DNA of 64,000 nucleotides from an uncultured Acidimicrobiia bacterium (GCA_963708235.1 OY970200.1:1713373-1777372); one strand, 5' to 3'; positions 39,413 through 48,815 are shown, numbered from the stretch's first letter. Program-made: numbers and translations. The notes: generated from the letters alone by a model not told the origin.

Positions 39413-41323
39413 TCAGCGGCGGTCGATGCGAATCCTCGTCCCGTCGCTGTCACCGTCGGCGTCGGCATTGCGGCTCGGGTCGTAGACATGCTGGGGATAC
39501 GAGACTCCGGTGACCGTCCATTCGGTGGCCGCACGGCTGATGGTGTGATGCACTCCGCAGGAGCCGGATGACCCGGTCACGCACGTGGCTCCACTGCCCT
39601 CCCGCCAGACACCAGTGACGGTCGCTCCGGCGACCGGGGCGCCGGCGCCGTCGACCACCTCGATCGTCGCGGTCGCCGCCCAGGCCCTCCCTGACGGCAC
39701 GATGTCACCACCGAGGTCGGACACGTGGACGACCCCCTGGGGTGGCGGCGGAGGTGGTGGTGGCGGCGGAGGTGGTGGAGGTGGAGGCGGAGGCGGAGCG
39801 GCAACGGTCACCTGGGCGGAGGTGGCGTTTCCGGCTCCGTCGTCGTCGACCACCTGGAGGCCCACCGTGTAGGTCCCGGCAGCACCGAAGGTGTGGGTCG
39901 GGTTGACCTGTGTGGAAGTCATCCCGGGTCCGAAGCTCCAGACCCTTGCGGCGATGGTTCCGTCCTCGTCGGTCGAGGTGTCGGTGAAGTTGCAGGTCAG
40001 ATCGCTGCACGACACGGTGAACGATGCCTTGGGCGGCATGTTCGGTGGTGGTGGGCCTGCGGCGACGGTCACGCTGTGGCTGACCGCATCCGAGGCGCCC
40101 TGATCATCGGTGACCTGGAGCGACACCTGATAGGTACCGGGAGCAGCGAATGTGTGGGTCGGATGCGACTGCTTCGGCGTGGCGCCGTCGCCCATGTCCC
40201 AGGTCCAGACCGGGAGATCCCCATCGGGGTCGATCGACCTGTTGATGAAACTGCAGGTCAACGCCTCACAGGTATGTGTGAACCTCGCCGTGGGCGCCAC
40301 GTTGGGTGGGGTTCCGGGGGGCCGCTCGCTGACCGGACCGAGGATCCTTTCCACCGAGGCGACATCGGTCTGGCCGTTCCAGGTCGCCGAGATGGTGCCG
40401 CCCGTCGATCGGGCCCAATCGGCGACCTCGATGTCGTAGGCGACACCGGCGCTCCCCGCAGGAACGGTCACCGACTCCGGAACCGAGACCCCGGGAATCG
40501 ATGTGCTCAGGTAGACCGTCTGCGGAGTGTCGGCCACCATCCCGATACCCACTGCTCTGCGGTTGGCCTCCCGGCGGAACAGGCTGAGAGTACCGACCGA
40601 GAAGTGGTGTGGGACGACCGCCGTCTCCCAACTGACCGGCGAAGCTCCCAGGTGGGCGATGGATCTGACCAGCCGGGGTTCCGACACGTCGTGAGCCCCT
40701 ACCGGGAACACCACCCGGTCGCTGCCGGGCTCTACGACCACGAACGAGGGGGCGATCAACGGGCTGGTGAGTTCTCCGGAGCGGCCAATGTTGAATCCTA
40801 TGCCGGGGTACGGCGCCTCGGTGTTCATCACGACGACCGCTTCCGCTTCGGTGTTGGCCAGGATCCCGGACGGTCCCTCGAAGGCAACGAGTCGGCGCAC
40901 CGCCGGATCGGGGGGAAGGACCGTCAGTTGGGCGAACGTCACCATGGGGGAGGCAGCGCCGGCCGGATCCGCGGTGAAATCGAGCACCCGCGGCTGGCTG
41001 GTTCCGAACGTCGACATCCACGTGGTGAATGTGAACTCGGTCTCACCGGGCGGAACGAACACCGCCGACGGCATCTGGCTCCCGGAGTTGCTGGGCCTCA
41101 TGGATACCCGCAGCCCCGTCCCGGTGCCGACCGGCGCCGGCTCGGAGATCTCGATGGTCACGGTGATTCGATCCCCGGCGGTGATCACACTCGGCGACAC
41201 CGACCCTCCGACGATCGTGATCGGCGTCTGCGCATCGGCAGGTACCGGTGGGGCGCCAAGAGCCACCGCCGCCGCAACTGCGATCATCAATGCCGCGAGT
41301 CGCCATCCCTTGGTTCTGTGCAT
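39413..41323 (-). CDS. secreted multidomain protein: signal peptide, unknown ~330-aa domain, two PKD domains, Pro19 linker, C-terminal Cys-rich domain
   Basis: The start was trimmed to ATG 41323 (MHRTKGWRLAALMIAVAAAVALGAPPVPADA), with GGAGG 8 nt upstream. The PKD signatures are FTHTCEALTCSF...DPDGDL..WTWDMGDG...PTHTF.APGTY.V.L.VTDDQGASD, present twice. There is a P19 run. Confidence 0.75.
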   Translation of the reverse strand: MHRTKGWRLAALMIAVAAAVALGAPPVPADAQTPITIVGGSVSPSVITAGDRITVTIEISEPAPVGTGTGLRVSMRPSNSGSQMPSAVFVPPGETEFTFTTWMSTFGTSQPRVLDFTADPAGAASPMVTFAQLTVLPPDPAVRRLVAFEGPSGILANTEAEAVVVMNTEAPYPGIGFNIGRSGELTSPLIAPSFVVVEPGSDRVVFPVGAHDVSEPRLVRSIAHLGASPVSWETAVVPHHFSVGTLSLFRREANRRAVGIGMVADTPQTVYLSTSIPGVSVPESVTVPAGSAGVAYDIEVADWARSTGGTISATWNGQTDVASVERILGPVSERPPGTPPNVAPTARFTHTCEALTCSFINRSIDPDGDLPVWTWDMGDGATPKQSHPTHTFAAPGTYQVSLQVTDDQGASDAVSHSVTVAAGPPPPNMPPKASFTVSCSDLTCNFTDTSTDEDGTIAARVWSFGPGMTSTQVNPTHTFGAAGTYTVGLQVVDDDGAGNATSAQVTVAAPPPPPPPPPPPPPPPPPPPQGVVHVSDLGGDIVPSGRAWAATATIEVVDGAGAPVAGATVTGVWREGSGATCVTGSSGSCGVHHTISRAATEWTVTGVSYPQHVYDPSRNADADGDSDGTRIRIDRR

Positions 41324-41541
41324 GCGGTACCTCCGGCTCGGGGGAAAGAGTGCGGGCAACGTACCCGCTGTCTTCCGGTTCCAGAGGTGCCCGGGCCGAT
41401 ACGTAATACTCTCGTAAGTCTTTGTTCCGGAATGGTTCACAGAAACACGGATGTGCAGCGATCGACCCGGTCGTTACGCCGCTCCCGCATTCACCGACAG
41501 GGCCGTGTGTCACCGGTCGGCTGCTCTGCTCGCAGGACCGA

Positions 41542-42333
41542 TCAGGGCGATTGGGTGTGCTGACGCTTCCTGGTGACGGTGAGGAAGCCGGTGTGCCCGA
41601 CCATCCGGTGTGAGGGCCGGACCGAACGTCCGTCGACGACCCACTCCCGGTGCATCACCTCGAAAGTGGTGGTCTCGAAGAACGTCGGTTGGGCGGCGAT
41701 CGCCTCACACACCGTCTGGACCTGTGGCACCGTCGGCAGGTAGCAGCAGAAGATCCCACCACCGACGAGGTGCTCGGCGGCAGGCGCCACCATGTGCCAC
41801 GGTTCGGGGACATCGAGCACCACGCGGTCGGGCCGCTCGGTGCCGATGACGTCCTCGACCTCGCCGATCCGCAGATCGAGTTGCGGCGGGATCTCGCCGA
41901 AGAACCCTTTGATCAGCTTGCGGGCGATGTCGGCGTGGTCGTTGCGTCGCTCGACGCTGATCACCCGGCCGTGCTCCCCCACCGCACGGGTGAGCGCCAT
42001 CGCCAACCCGCCCGATCCGGTGCCCGCCTCGACCACGGTGAGCCCGGGGGCGATGTCCGCCCACATCAGGATCGCCCCGGTGTCCTTGGGGTACAGCACC
42101 GTGGCGCCACGCGACATCTTGAGGGTGTAGTCGGCCAGCCGGGGTCGGACCGCCACTAGGCGGGACCCCAGCGATGAGTCGAGGGCGACGCCGTCTTCGG
42201 ACCCGATGATCTGGTCGTGGGGCAGGGCGCCACGGTGATAGTGGAAGTCCTTGCCGGGAATGAGTTCGATGAGGTAGCGGCGTCCCTTGCCGTCGAAGAT
42301 GAGGCAGGGATCGCCCGGTTTGAACATGGCCAC
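41542..42333 (-). CDS. trmI: tRNA (adenine58-N1)-methyltransferase TrmI
   Basis: Contains GTGSGGLAMAL, the class I MTase motif I, and the TrmI/Gcd14 family C-terminus. The Mtb Rv2118c homolog sits in the same neighbourhood as arc. Confidence 0.8.
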   Translation of the reverse strand: MAMFKPGDPCLIFDGKGRRYLIELIPGKDFHYHRGALPHDQIIGSEDGVALDSSLGSRLVAVRPRLADYTLKMSRGATVLYPKDTGAILMWADIAPGLTVVEAGTGSGGLAMALTRAVGEHGRVISVERRNDHADIARKLIKGFFGEIPPQLDLRIGEVEDVIGTERPDRVVLDVPEPWHMVAPAAEHLVGGGIFCCYLPTVPQVQTVCEAIAAQPTFFETTTFEVMHREWVVDGRSVRPSHRMVGHTGFLTVTRKRQHTQSP

Positions 42334-42341
42334 GTGTGACG

Positions 42342-42452
42342 TCAGGTGCTCGCCACACCGATGGAGGCAATGGTGGCGACGACACCGAGCACCATGGCCA
42401 CGATGACCACCCAGACGAAGATCTTGACCATCCCGTCACGGTTGTTGAACAT
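42342..42452 (-). CDS. putative 36-aa hydrophobic micro-protein (MFNNRDGMVKIFVWVVIVAMVLGVVATIASIGVAST)
   Basis: Found by manual translation; it is not in the ORF track because it is under 60 aa. There is a strong GGAGGG SD 7 nt upstream of the ATG. It has a single predicted TM helix. Confidence 0.3.
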   Translation of the reverse strand: MFNNRDGMVKIFVWVVIVAMVLGVVATIASIGVAST

Positions 42453-42455
42453 CGG

Positions 42456-42686
42456 TCATCCCTCCACGGTGGTGTCGTCGATCTCGGCGGAATCCCGGAC
42501 CAGCCGGACCCGGATCGTCTCACCCTCTTGCAGTATCCGACGGTAGACCAGGGTCTCCCCCGCTTCGCCGCGGCTCCGCAGCCACCCGATCAATCCGATG
42601 GCGGCGCCGAGGCCGGCCATACCGGGACGTCCCTGGCGGGCGCCGGCGAAGAGGCGGGCGACACCGTAGGCGGCAAGTCGGTTCAT
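42456..42686 (-). CDS. hypothetical small protein (76 aa), third gene of the holin-like operon
   Basis: Its ATG overlaps the stop of the upstream 66-aa gene (ATGA). It is hydrophobic and Gly/Ala-rich. Confidence 0.45.
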   Translation of the reverse strand: MNRLAAYGVARLFAGARQGRPGMAGLGAAIGLIGWLRSRGEAGETLVYRRILQEGETIRVRLVRDSAEIDDTTVEG

Positions 42687-42883
42687 TTCAGGCGGTAGAC
42701 CTCGACTCGGGCACCACCGGACTTCTTGCCGCGCCGACGACCGAAGACAAAGGCAAGGATGATGAAGACGACGACTCCCACGGCGATCGCCGTCCCCGAC
42801 GATTTCGCCTGGCTCTGGGTGTCGTCGACGATGGTTTCGATCTGGCGGAGCTTGTTCTCGAGATCGCTGCGCTCGATGGGCAT
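42683..42883 (-). CDS. hypothetical 66-aa single-TM protein (MPIERSDLENKLRQIETIVDD...VVVFIILAFVFGRRRGKK)
   Basis: There is a strong SD (GAGGAGCTGAGG) directly upstream and a 2-nt gap to the holin-like gene. The topology is a helical N-terminus plus a C-terminal TM helix and a basic tail. Confidence 0.5.
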   Translation of the reverse strand: MPIERSDLENKLRQIETIVDDTQSQAKSSGTAIAVGVVVFIILAFVFGRRRGKKSGGARVEVYRLK

Positions 42884-42885
42884 CC

Positions 42886-43218
42886 TCAGCTCCTCTTCGA
42901 TGGGCGGCCGGCGGCGGATGTGCGACTGGCGGTGACCTTCAGCAGGATACCGATGACAAGGACCATCGCCAGTGCGGCGAGAACGTACCCGAGGGCTTCC
43001 CAGTTCGGGCCGGAGGGCAGCGCCTTCTGGATGTAGCGGACCGTGGCGACCGACAGGAACAGGGTCCCCAGCGAGAAGGCGATGGCCGCCCCGATGGCGA
43101 ACCCGGCGAAACGACCGAGTTGCTTGGCGGGAACGATCGTCTCCTGACGAAGGTATTCCTTCGCCATGTCGAGAAACTCTCGTATGTGGTCGGGCAACTC
43201 TCGAATGTCCGACATCAC
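42886..43218 (-). CDS. putative actinobacterial Holin-X-like (phage holin family 3) membrane protein
   Basis: 110 aa with two TM helices (FAGFAIGAAIAFSLGTLFLSV...LGYVLAALAMVLVIGILL). Its N-terminal amphipathic segment (MMSDIRELPDHIREFLDMAKEYLRQE) resembles that family. Confidence 0.5.
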   Translation of the reverse strand: MMSDIRELPDHIREFLDMAKEYLRQETIVPAKQLGRFAGFAIGAAIAFSLGTLFLSVATVRYIQKALPSGPNWEALGYVLAALAMVLVIGILLKVTASRTSAAGRPSKRS

Positions 43219-43301
43219 GCTCCCTTCGTCGCCGTCGATCGTAGCTGGCCGTCACCCATCAAAGAATCCGGCCCGCAGCGCCCGCCCTACCCGGTGGGGG
43301 G

Positions 43302-43436
43302 TCATCGGTAACGCCGCCGCCCGGTGCTGCGGGCGGTGGTGCGCGCCTGGCGGCGGCTGTTGGCGAGCCAACCGACAAAGATCCCGACCACGAAGGCGAT
43401 GATCATCCAGACGGCGATCTGTGAAGCAACGAAGGC
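43302..43436 (-). CDS. putative 44-aa single-TM micro-protein (MAFVASQIAVWMIIAFVVGIFVGWLANSRRQARTT...)
   Basis: It lies 50 nt downstream of the OmpA-like gene on the same strand. It is hydrophobic with a basic tail, but has no strong SD. Confidence 0.3.
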   Translation of the reverse strand, partial: AFVASQIAVWMIIAFVVGIFVGWLANSRRQARTTARSTGRRRYR

Positions 43437-43485
43437 CATGTCTCGTTCGTTCGTTTTGTACGGGGCTACAGGTGTGTGGGGCGGG

Positions 43486-44664
43486 TCAGTCCAGCAGGGC
43501 GACGAACTCGATGCGCCGGTTGCGGGAGCGACCCTCCTCGGTGTCGTTGTCGGCGATTGGTCGGGTCTCACCGTAGCCGATGACCTGGAACCGATCGGAT
43601 TCCTCGCCGTTGGCCACCAGATACTCGAAAACGGCCTGTGCCCGCCGGCGGGACAGCGCCAGATTGAGGTCGTCGGGCCCCTGGGAGTCGGCGTGACCGG
43701 CGATCTCGACGGCGACCTCGGGGGCAAGCCGCAGCGCTTCGAGAATCTCGTCGAGCAGCGCCTCGCCACGGGTGGTCAGCCGGTCGCTGTTGAGGGCGAA
43801 CTCGACGACCTTGCCTTCGATCAACTCATCGAGGTTCACCTGGAGTTCTTCGACCACCTCGGGTGGGGCGGGCGGCGGGGCGTCTTCGACGGTGAGGCCG
43901 CTGAGGAAGTCGAGGGGTCCTGCTGCGAGCACCTCCTCGGCCTCGCTGCGGAGATCGAGGCGGGTCTGACGATCGGGAAGCTCGGCGGTGACCGTGATCA
44001 CCCGCGCATCCCCGTTCACCACCACCTGGCCGTCGTCGACGGTCGATGCGGCGGTGTCGATCACGTCGAGGACGCCCGGCAACCAACTCTCCTCGGAAGT
44101 GATCCGTTCCCTGACCACGAGTTCCTCGGCATCGACCCCCGCCGGGTACGCCGCCTCCAGGCGGTCGATCACCTGTTCCCGCACCACGTCGGAGGAGACC
44201 GTGCCGGTCACCTGTGCCACTCCCTCTTCCCATGCGATGGTGAGCGGATCGGAAGCAGCGGGACCTGACTCCTGCTCGATGACCGCCACATAGGTGAGGC
44301 TGCGCGCCACCCGGCGCACCCCGGGGACCGATTCGGCGGTCGCCGCCACGGCATCGAGGTCGGTGTCCTCGGGCACGACCCCGATCAGCTCGAGGTCGCG
44401 TCCATCGGCGACCACGTCGACGTCCGGAAATCCGGCAGCGGCGAGTTCGGCGGCGGCGGTCGCCGCCAGGTGGCTCTGGATCTGGCGGGAGCCGAACCAT
44501 GCCGCTCCGGCGGTCACCAGCACGAAGATCAGGACCGAGACCATCAAGAATCCGAGCTGGGACAGGATCGGACCCTCGTCGTCCTCGCCCGGGATGTACC
44601 GGCTGCCGAGATCACGCGGTGGGTCCGAAAGCTGACGCAGTCTGCGGTTGACTTTCTTGGCCAT
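43486..44664 (-). CDS. OmpA/MotB-domain membrane protein (N-terminal TM helix, central BON-like repeats, C-terminal peptidoglycan-binding OmpA domain)
   Basis: The start was trimmed to ATG 44664 (MAKKVNRRL). The C-terminus FALNSDRLTTRGEALLDEILEAL...GHADSQG...NLALSRRRAQAV..YL...GYGETRPIADNDTEEGRSRNRRIEF is a canonical OmpA_C. Confidence 0.8.
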   Translation of the reverse strand: MAKKVNRRLRQLSDPPRDLGSRYIPGEDDEGPILSQLGFLMVSVLIFVLVTAGAAWFGSRQIQSHLAATAAAELAAAGFPDVDVVADGRDLELIGVVPEDTDLDAVAATAESVPGVRRVARSLTYVAVIEQESGPAASDPLTIAWEEGVAQVTGTVSSDVVREQVIDRLEAAYPAGVDAEELVVRERITSEESWLPGVLDVIDTAASTVDDGQVVVNGDARVITVTAELPDRQTRLDLRSEAEEVLAAGPLDFLSGLTVEDAPPPAPPEVVEELQVNLDELIEGKVVEFALNSDRLTTRGEALLDEILEALRLAPEVAVEIAGHADSQGPDDLNLALSRRRAQAVFEYLVANGEESDRFQVIGYGETRPIADNDTEEGRSRNRRIEFVALLD

Positions 44665-44769
44665 CTCAACACCTGGGATCGGACTCGCACCACCCGTTCT
44701 CGTCGCCGATGGTACAAGACGATGATGACAAGGTCGCTCCACGCCCCGCCCCCGCCGGAGCACATCATC

Positions 44770-45255
44770 TCACCCGAGCGGTGGTTCCTCGAGGCTGCCC
44801 ACCAGACGGTCGACGAACGCCGCCTGAGCCGGGTTGAGCAGCCGGCGGGCCGTTTCCGGATCACACCAGCACACCCGGTCGATCTCGGGGACATCGATCG
44901 ATCGTCCCGACCGTGGCGGCCACTCCATCGAGAAGGTGTTGCACCGGATCTGGTCGGGTTCGAGATCGCCGACGGCGGCGAACCCGTGGACCGTCTTTCC
45001 TCCCCGCTGCACCACGGTGCCCAGATCGAGCAGATCACCGTCGACCCGGTGCCCGGTCTCCTCGGCGAACTCGCGGCGTGCCGCCGCTTCGCTGGTCTCC
45101 CCCGGTTCGACCAGCCCCTTGGGAAGGCTCCAGGCGCCCTCGTCCCGCCGTGCCCACAGCGGTCCTCCCGGATGGGCGATCAGCACCTCGACACCGTCCG
45201 TCCCGACCCGGTACAGCATGATGCCGGCGCTGGTCTTCCCACGATGCGTTGCCAT
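44770..45255 (-). CDS. NUDIX hydrolase
   Basis: Nudix box GLVEPGETSEAAARREFAEETG. Confidence 0.75.
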   Translation of the reverse strand: MATHRGKTSAGIMLYRVGTDGVEVLIAHPGGPLWARRDEGAWSLPKGLVEPGETSEAAARREFAEETGHRVDGDLLDLGTVVQRGGKTVHGFAAVGDLEPDQIRCNTFSMEWPPRSGRSIDVPEIDRVCWCDPETARRLLNPAQAAFVDRLVGSLEEPPLG

Positions 45256-45553
45256 CTGGTGTCACCCTATGCGACGGCACGGTCGCCTGCACGTGCTCGG
45301 CGAGGTCCGCCCACCCTGCGTGCAGGCACGGCGCAGGACACCGCCGCATTCGTAAGCGGCTTCGACGTGGCCGGCGATCCCGACGCGGACGCTCCGAATC
45401 GACCGGGTCGTCAATCCGAAAGCGCGACGACGAAGATCGCGGCACGGTCCAGGGTGATGGGACGCTCGGGGGTCCGGGAAGGGCGCGCAGCGCCACTTGA
45501 TGTCGCCAGGGAGACGCAGTCGCCGACCGCATACGAACACGTGCAGGACTGGG

Positions 45554-45637
45554 TGTCGGAGAGAGGACTCGAACCTCCACGTCCTTTCGGACACTAGGCC
45601 CTCAACCTAGCGCGTCTACCAATTCCGCCACTCCGAC
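45554..45637 (-). tRNA. tRNA-Leu (anticodon GAG), class II with a long variable arm
   Basis: Manual fold of the minus-strand sequence GTCGGAG..CTAGG-TTGAGGG-CCTAG..TGTCCGAAAGGACG..GGAGGTTCGAGTCCTCT..CTCCGAC. It has a 7-bp acceptor stem, the anticodon loop U-U-GAG-G-G, a TPsiC loop TTCGAGT and discriminator A. Confidence 0.85.
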
Positions 45638-45686
45638 GTGGGTCGGCGAGTATACCGCTCCGGACCGGTGATCCATCCACCCCGGA

Positions 45687-46757
45687 TCAGACCACCTCGC
45701 GGATCTCCGGGAAGTGGCACGCCACCCAGTGCCGGGGTTCGAGTTGGCGGAACTCGGGGACCTCGACATCGCACACCCCACGTTGCGCCTTGGGGCAGCG
45801 GGTGTTGAAGCGGCAGCCCGGCGGTGGGTTGGCCGGCGACGGGATGTCACCTTCGAGGAGGATGCGCTCCCGAACCGCCTCCAGCCGGGGATCGGGGATC
45901 GGCACCGCCGACAGCAGCGCATGGGTGTAGGGGTGCATCGGCCGGTTGTACAGGGCGTCGCGATCGGCGAGCTCCGCCATCTGCCCGAGGTACATCACCG
46001 CCACCCGGTCCGAGATGTGGCGGACCACCGACAGGTCGTGGGCGATGAACAGGTAGGTGAGCCCCAGTTCGTCCTGCAGATCGTCGAGCAGGTTGAGCAC
46101 CTGGGCCTGGATCGACACATCGAGCGCCGAGACCGGTTCGTCGAGCACCAGGAAACTCGGATTGAGCGCCAGCGCCCGGGCCACACCGATCCGCTGTCGC
46201 TGTCCACCGGAGAACTCATGGGGATGACGGTTGGCGTGCTCCGGGCTGAGCCCGACCACCGACAACAAATCTTTGACCTTGGCGAGACGCTCGCTGGCGC
46301 TGCCCACCCCGTGGACCAGCAGCGGTTCGGCGATGATCGTCGCCACAGTCATCCGGGGGTTCAACGAGGCGTACGGGTCCTGGAACACGATCTGGATGTC
46401 CCGCCGCAACCGGTTCAGGGTGTCCTTGTCAGCGGAGGCGATGTCGATGACCTCGGTGGGGTTTCCGGGACCGTCGGTGGTCGCCCGGTACAGGACCTCA
46501 CCCGAGGTCGGTTCGAGCAGCCGCAGGATGCATCGCGCCGTCGTCGACTTGCCGCAACCCGATTCGCCGACCAGACCGAGCGTCTCGCCGCGGACCACAT
46601 CGAACGAGATGTCGGACACCGCCTGCACCGCACCGATCTGCTTTTTGAAGAACACCCCCTGCGTGATCGGGAACTCCTTGACCAGATGCCGAACTTCGAG
46701 CAGGAGGTCCTCCGAGGCAAGGTGCGCATCGGCCACGTCGTCATCGAACACGGTCAT
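45687..46757 (-). CDS. peptide/nickel ABC transporter ATP-binding protein (OppF/DppF-like)
   Basis: It has a Walker A (GESGCGKST), the LSGGQRQR signature and the oligopeptide-ABC C-terminal domain. Confidence 0.85.
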   Translation of the reverse strand: MTVFDDDVADAHLASEDLLLEVRHLVKEFPITQGVFFKKQIGAVQAVSDISFDVVRGETLGLVGESGCGKSTTARCILRLLEPTSGEVLYRATTDGPGNPTEVIDIASADKDTLNRLRRDIQIVFQDPYASLNPRMTVATIIAEPLLVHGVGSASERLAKVKDLLSVVGLSPEHANRHPHEFSGGQRQRIGVARALALNPSFLVLDEPVSALDVSIQAQVLNLLDDLQDELGLTYLFIAHDLSVVRHISDRVAVMYLGQMAELADRDALYNRPMHPYTHALLSAVPIPDPRLEAVRERILLEGDIPSPANPPPGCRFNTRCPKAQRGVCDVEVPEFRQLEPRHWVACHFPEIREVV

Positions 46758-47782
46758 GGTTCGATCTCACCGGTCGGGGCGATCGTCAGACCGGCCAGAT
46801 CGAGCTCGTGGGCCCGGTGGCAGGCGGCCTCCTGCCCTGGTCCCCCGGAGGGCCGGAGCGCGGGAAGCACCTCGGCGCAGATCTCGATGGCGAAGTCGCA
46901 GCGGGGACGGAAACGGCAGCCGGTGGGGAGGTCGATCAGCGAGGGCGGGGCTCCCCGCACCGAATGCAGCCGGCGACGCTGCTCGACATCGAGACGGGTC
47001 ATCGACGAGAGCAGACCCCAGGTGTACGGGTGCTGCGGGTCGTAGTACAGCTCCTCGGCGGTTCCTTTTTCGATGATGGTCCCGGCGTACATCACCTGAA
47101 TCGTGTCGCAGAACCCGGCAACGACCCCCAGATCGTGGGTGATCAGCATCACCGCGGTGCCCCGGTCGTCGGCAAGGGCGAGCATCAGGTCCATGATCTT
47201 GGCCTGGGTGGTCACATCGAGGGCAGTGGTGGGCTCATCGGCGATGAGCAGCTCCGGGTTGCAGGACAGACCCATGGCGATCATCACCCGCTGGCGCATC
47301 CCCCCGGAGAACTGGTGCGGGTGGTCCTCGAAACGGTCCCGGGCGTGGGGAATCTGGACGTCGACCAGCGACTGGATGGCGATCTCACGGGCCTCGCTGC
47401 GGGAGACGTCCTGGTGCAACAGGATCGTCTCCATCAATTGGGTGCCGATGGTGTATACCGGGTTGAGCGAGGTCATCGGGTCCTGGAAGATCATGGCGAT
47501 GCGGCCGCCCCTGACCTGCTGCATGGCGTGCTCGTCGAGTTCCAGCAGGTTGCGGCCCTTGAACGAGATGGTTCCGGTGACGATCTCGCCGGCGGGGGGT
47601 TCGATCAACCCCATCACCGACATGGCGGTGACCGACTTTCCCGAACCCGACTCCCCCACCACCCCACGCCGTTCACCGGGGGCGATCGAAAAGGAGACCC
47701 CGTCGACGGCGCGCACCACCCCTTCCTCGGTGTTGAAGTAGGTGCGGAGGTTCTCTACCTCGAGCAGCGGTGTGGTGTCGAT
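46754..47782 (-). CDS. peptide/nickel ABC transporter ATP-binding protein (OppD/DppD-like); apparent non-canonical ATC start
   Basis: It has a Walker A (GESGSGKS), the FSGGMRQR signature and the C-terminal CxxC oligopeptide domain. The conserved N-terminus (I/M)[25 protein letters not shown] is in frame upstream of the first canonical start (GTG 47719). GGAGG lies 7 nt before ATC 47782-47780. Confidence 0.75.
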   Translation of the reverse strand: MDTTPLLEVENLRTYFNTEEGVVRAVDGVSFSIAPGERRGVVGESGSGKSVTAMSVMGLIEPPAGEIVTGTISFKGRNLLELDEHAMQQVRGGRIAMIFQDPMTSLNPVYTIGTQLMETILLHQDVSRSEAREIAIQSLVDVQIPHARDRFEDHPHQFSGGMRQRVMIAMGLSCNPELLIADEPTTALDVTTQAKIMDLMLALADDRGTAVMLITHDLGVVAGFCDTIQVMYAGTIIEKGTAEELYYDPQHPYTWGLLSSMTRLDVEQRRRLHSVRGAPPSLIDLPTGCRFRPRCDFAIEICAEVLPALRPSGGPGQEAACHRAHELDLAGLTIAPTGEIEP

Positions 47783-47786
47783 GGTG

Positions 47787-48815
47787 CTACCTCCGCTCGA
47801 TGGTCTGGGTCGGGTCGAGGGCGTCGCGGAGTCCGTCGCCGACGTAGTTCACCGACAGCACGGTGAGCACGAGGGCCGCCCCGGAGAAGGTCAGCTCCCA
47901 CCAGAAGCCGCGGACGGCGGTCAACGCTCCCTGTGAGGCCATCCCGCCCCAGGTCGGTGTGGGTGGGCGGACCCCGAAACCGAGAAAGGACAGGGCGGCT
48001 TCGAGGATGATGGCGGTGCCGACGATCAGCGTGGTCTGCACGATGATCGGGCTGATGGCGTTGGGCAGGATGTGGCGGAAGATGATGCGACGATCGCGGG
48101 CGCCGGCGGCACGCGCCGCCTCGACGAACTCCTTCTCCCGCAGCGACAGGAACTCGGCGCGCACGATCCGCGCCAGGGTTCCCCACAGCAGCAACCCGAG
48201 CAGGACGCCGATCCCCCACGGACCCTCCTGCATCCAGTCCGGGAGGAACTGCAACTCGGGAAGGAGGCGGCCGATGACGATCGCCACCGGAAGCAGCGGC
48301 AACCCCAGGACGAGATCGGTGAAACGCATCAGCGACTGGTCCGGGCCACCCGGGTAGTACCCGGCCACGGCACCCACCACCGTCCCCAGAATGGCGACCA
48401 GCAGCCCGGTGATGGCGCCGACGATCAGGCTTCCCCGGGCGCCGTGCACGACGCGGGAAAGCACGTCACGCCCGAGTTCGTCGGTGCCGAACGGAAACTC
48501 CGCTCGGGGAGGGATCGAGGTCCAGATCCGACCGTCCCCTTCGACATTGCGCAGCGCCTCGTGGGGGTGCTCGAGAATCGCACCGCAGTACTGGTTCTCG
48601 CGCCCCGCCGGACAGGTGATCAGGGGGGCGAGGATGGCGATGAGGATCATCCCGGCCAGGAAGACGGCTGAGATCATCGCCAGCCGGTGGCGGCGGAGAC
48701 GGGTCCAGAACAGGTCCCACTGCGTCACCGGCTCGACCGAGATTCCCTCACGGGCCTCGAGTTCGCGCAGACCGTGGGGTTGGTCGGGGCCGAGCGGCAT
48801 CTGCATGTCAGTCAT
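47787..48815 (-). CDS. peptide ABC transporter permease (OppC/DppC-like)
   Basis: It has multiple TM helices and the EAA-loop region. Confidence 0.8.
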   Translation of the reverse strand: MTDMQMPLGPDQPHGLRELEAREGISVEPVTQWDLFWTRLRRHRLAMISAVFLAGMILIAILAPLITCPAGRENQYCGAILEHPHEALRNVEGDGRIWTSIPPRAEFPFGTDELGRDVLSRVVHGARGSLIVGAITGLLVAILGTVVGAVAGYYPGGPDQSLMRFTDLVLGLPLLPVAIVIGRLLPELQFLPDWMQEGPWGIGVLLGLLLWGTLARIVRAEFLSLREKEFVEAARAAGARDRRIIFRHILPNAISPIIVQTTLIVGTAIILEAALSFLGFGVRPPTPTWGGMASQGALTAVRGFWWELTFSGAALVLTVLSVNYVGDGLRDALDPTQTIERR

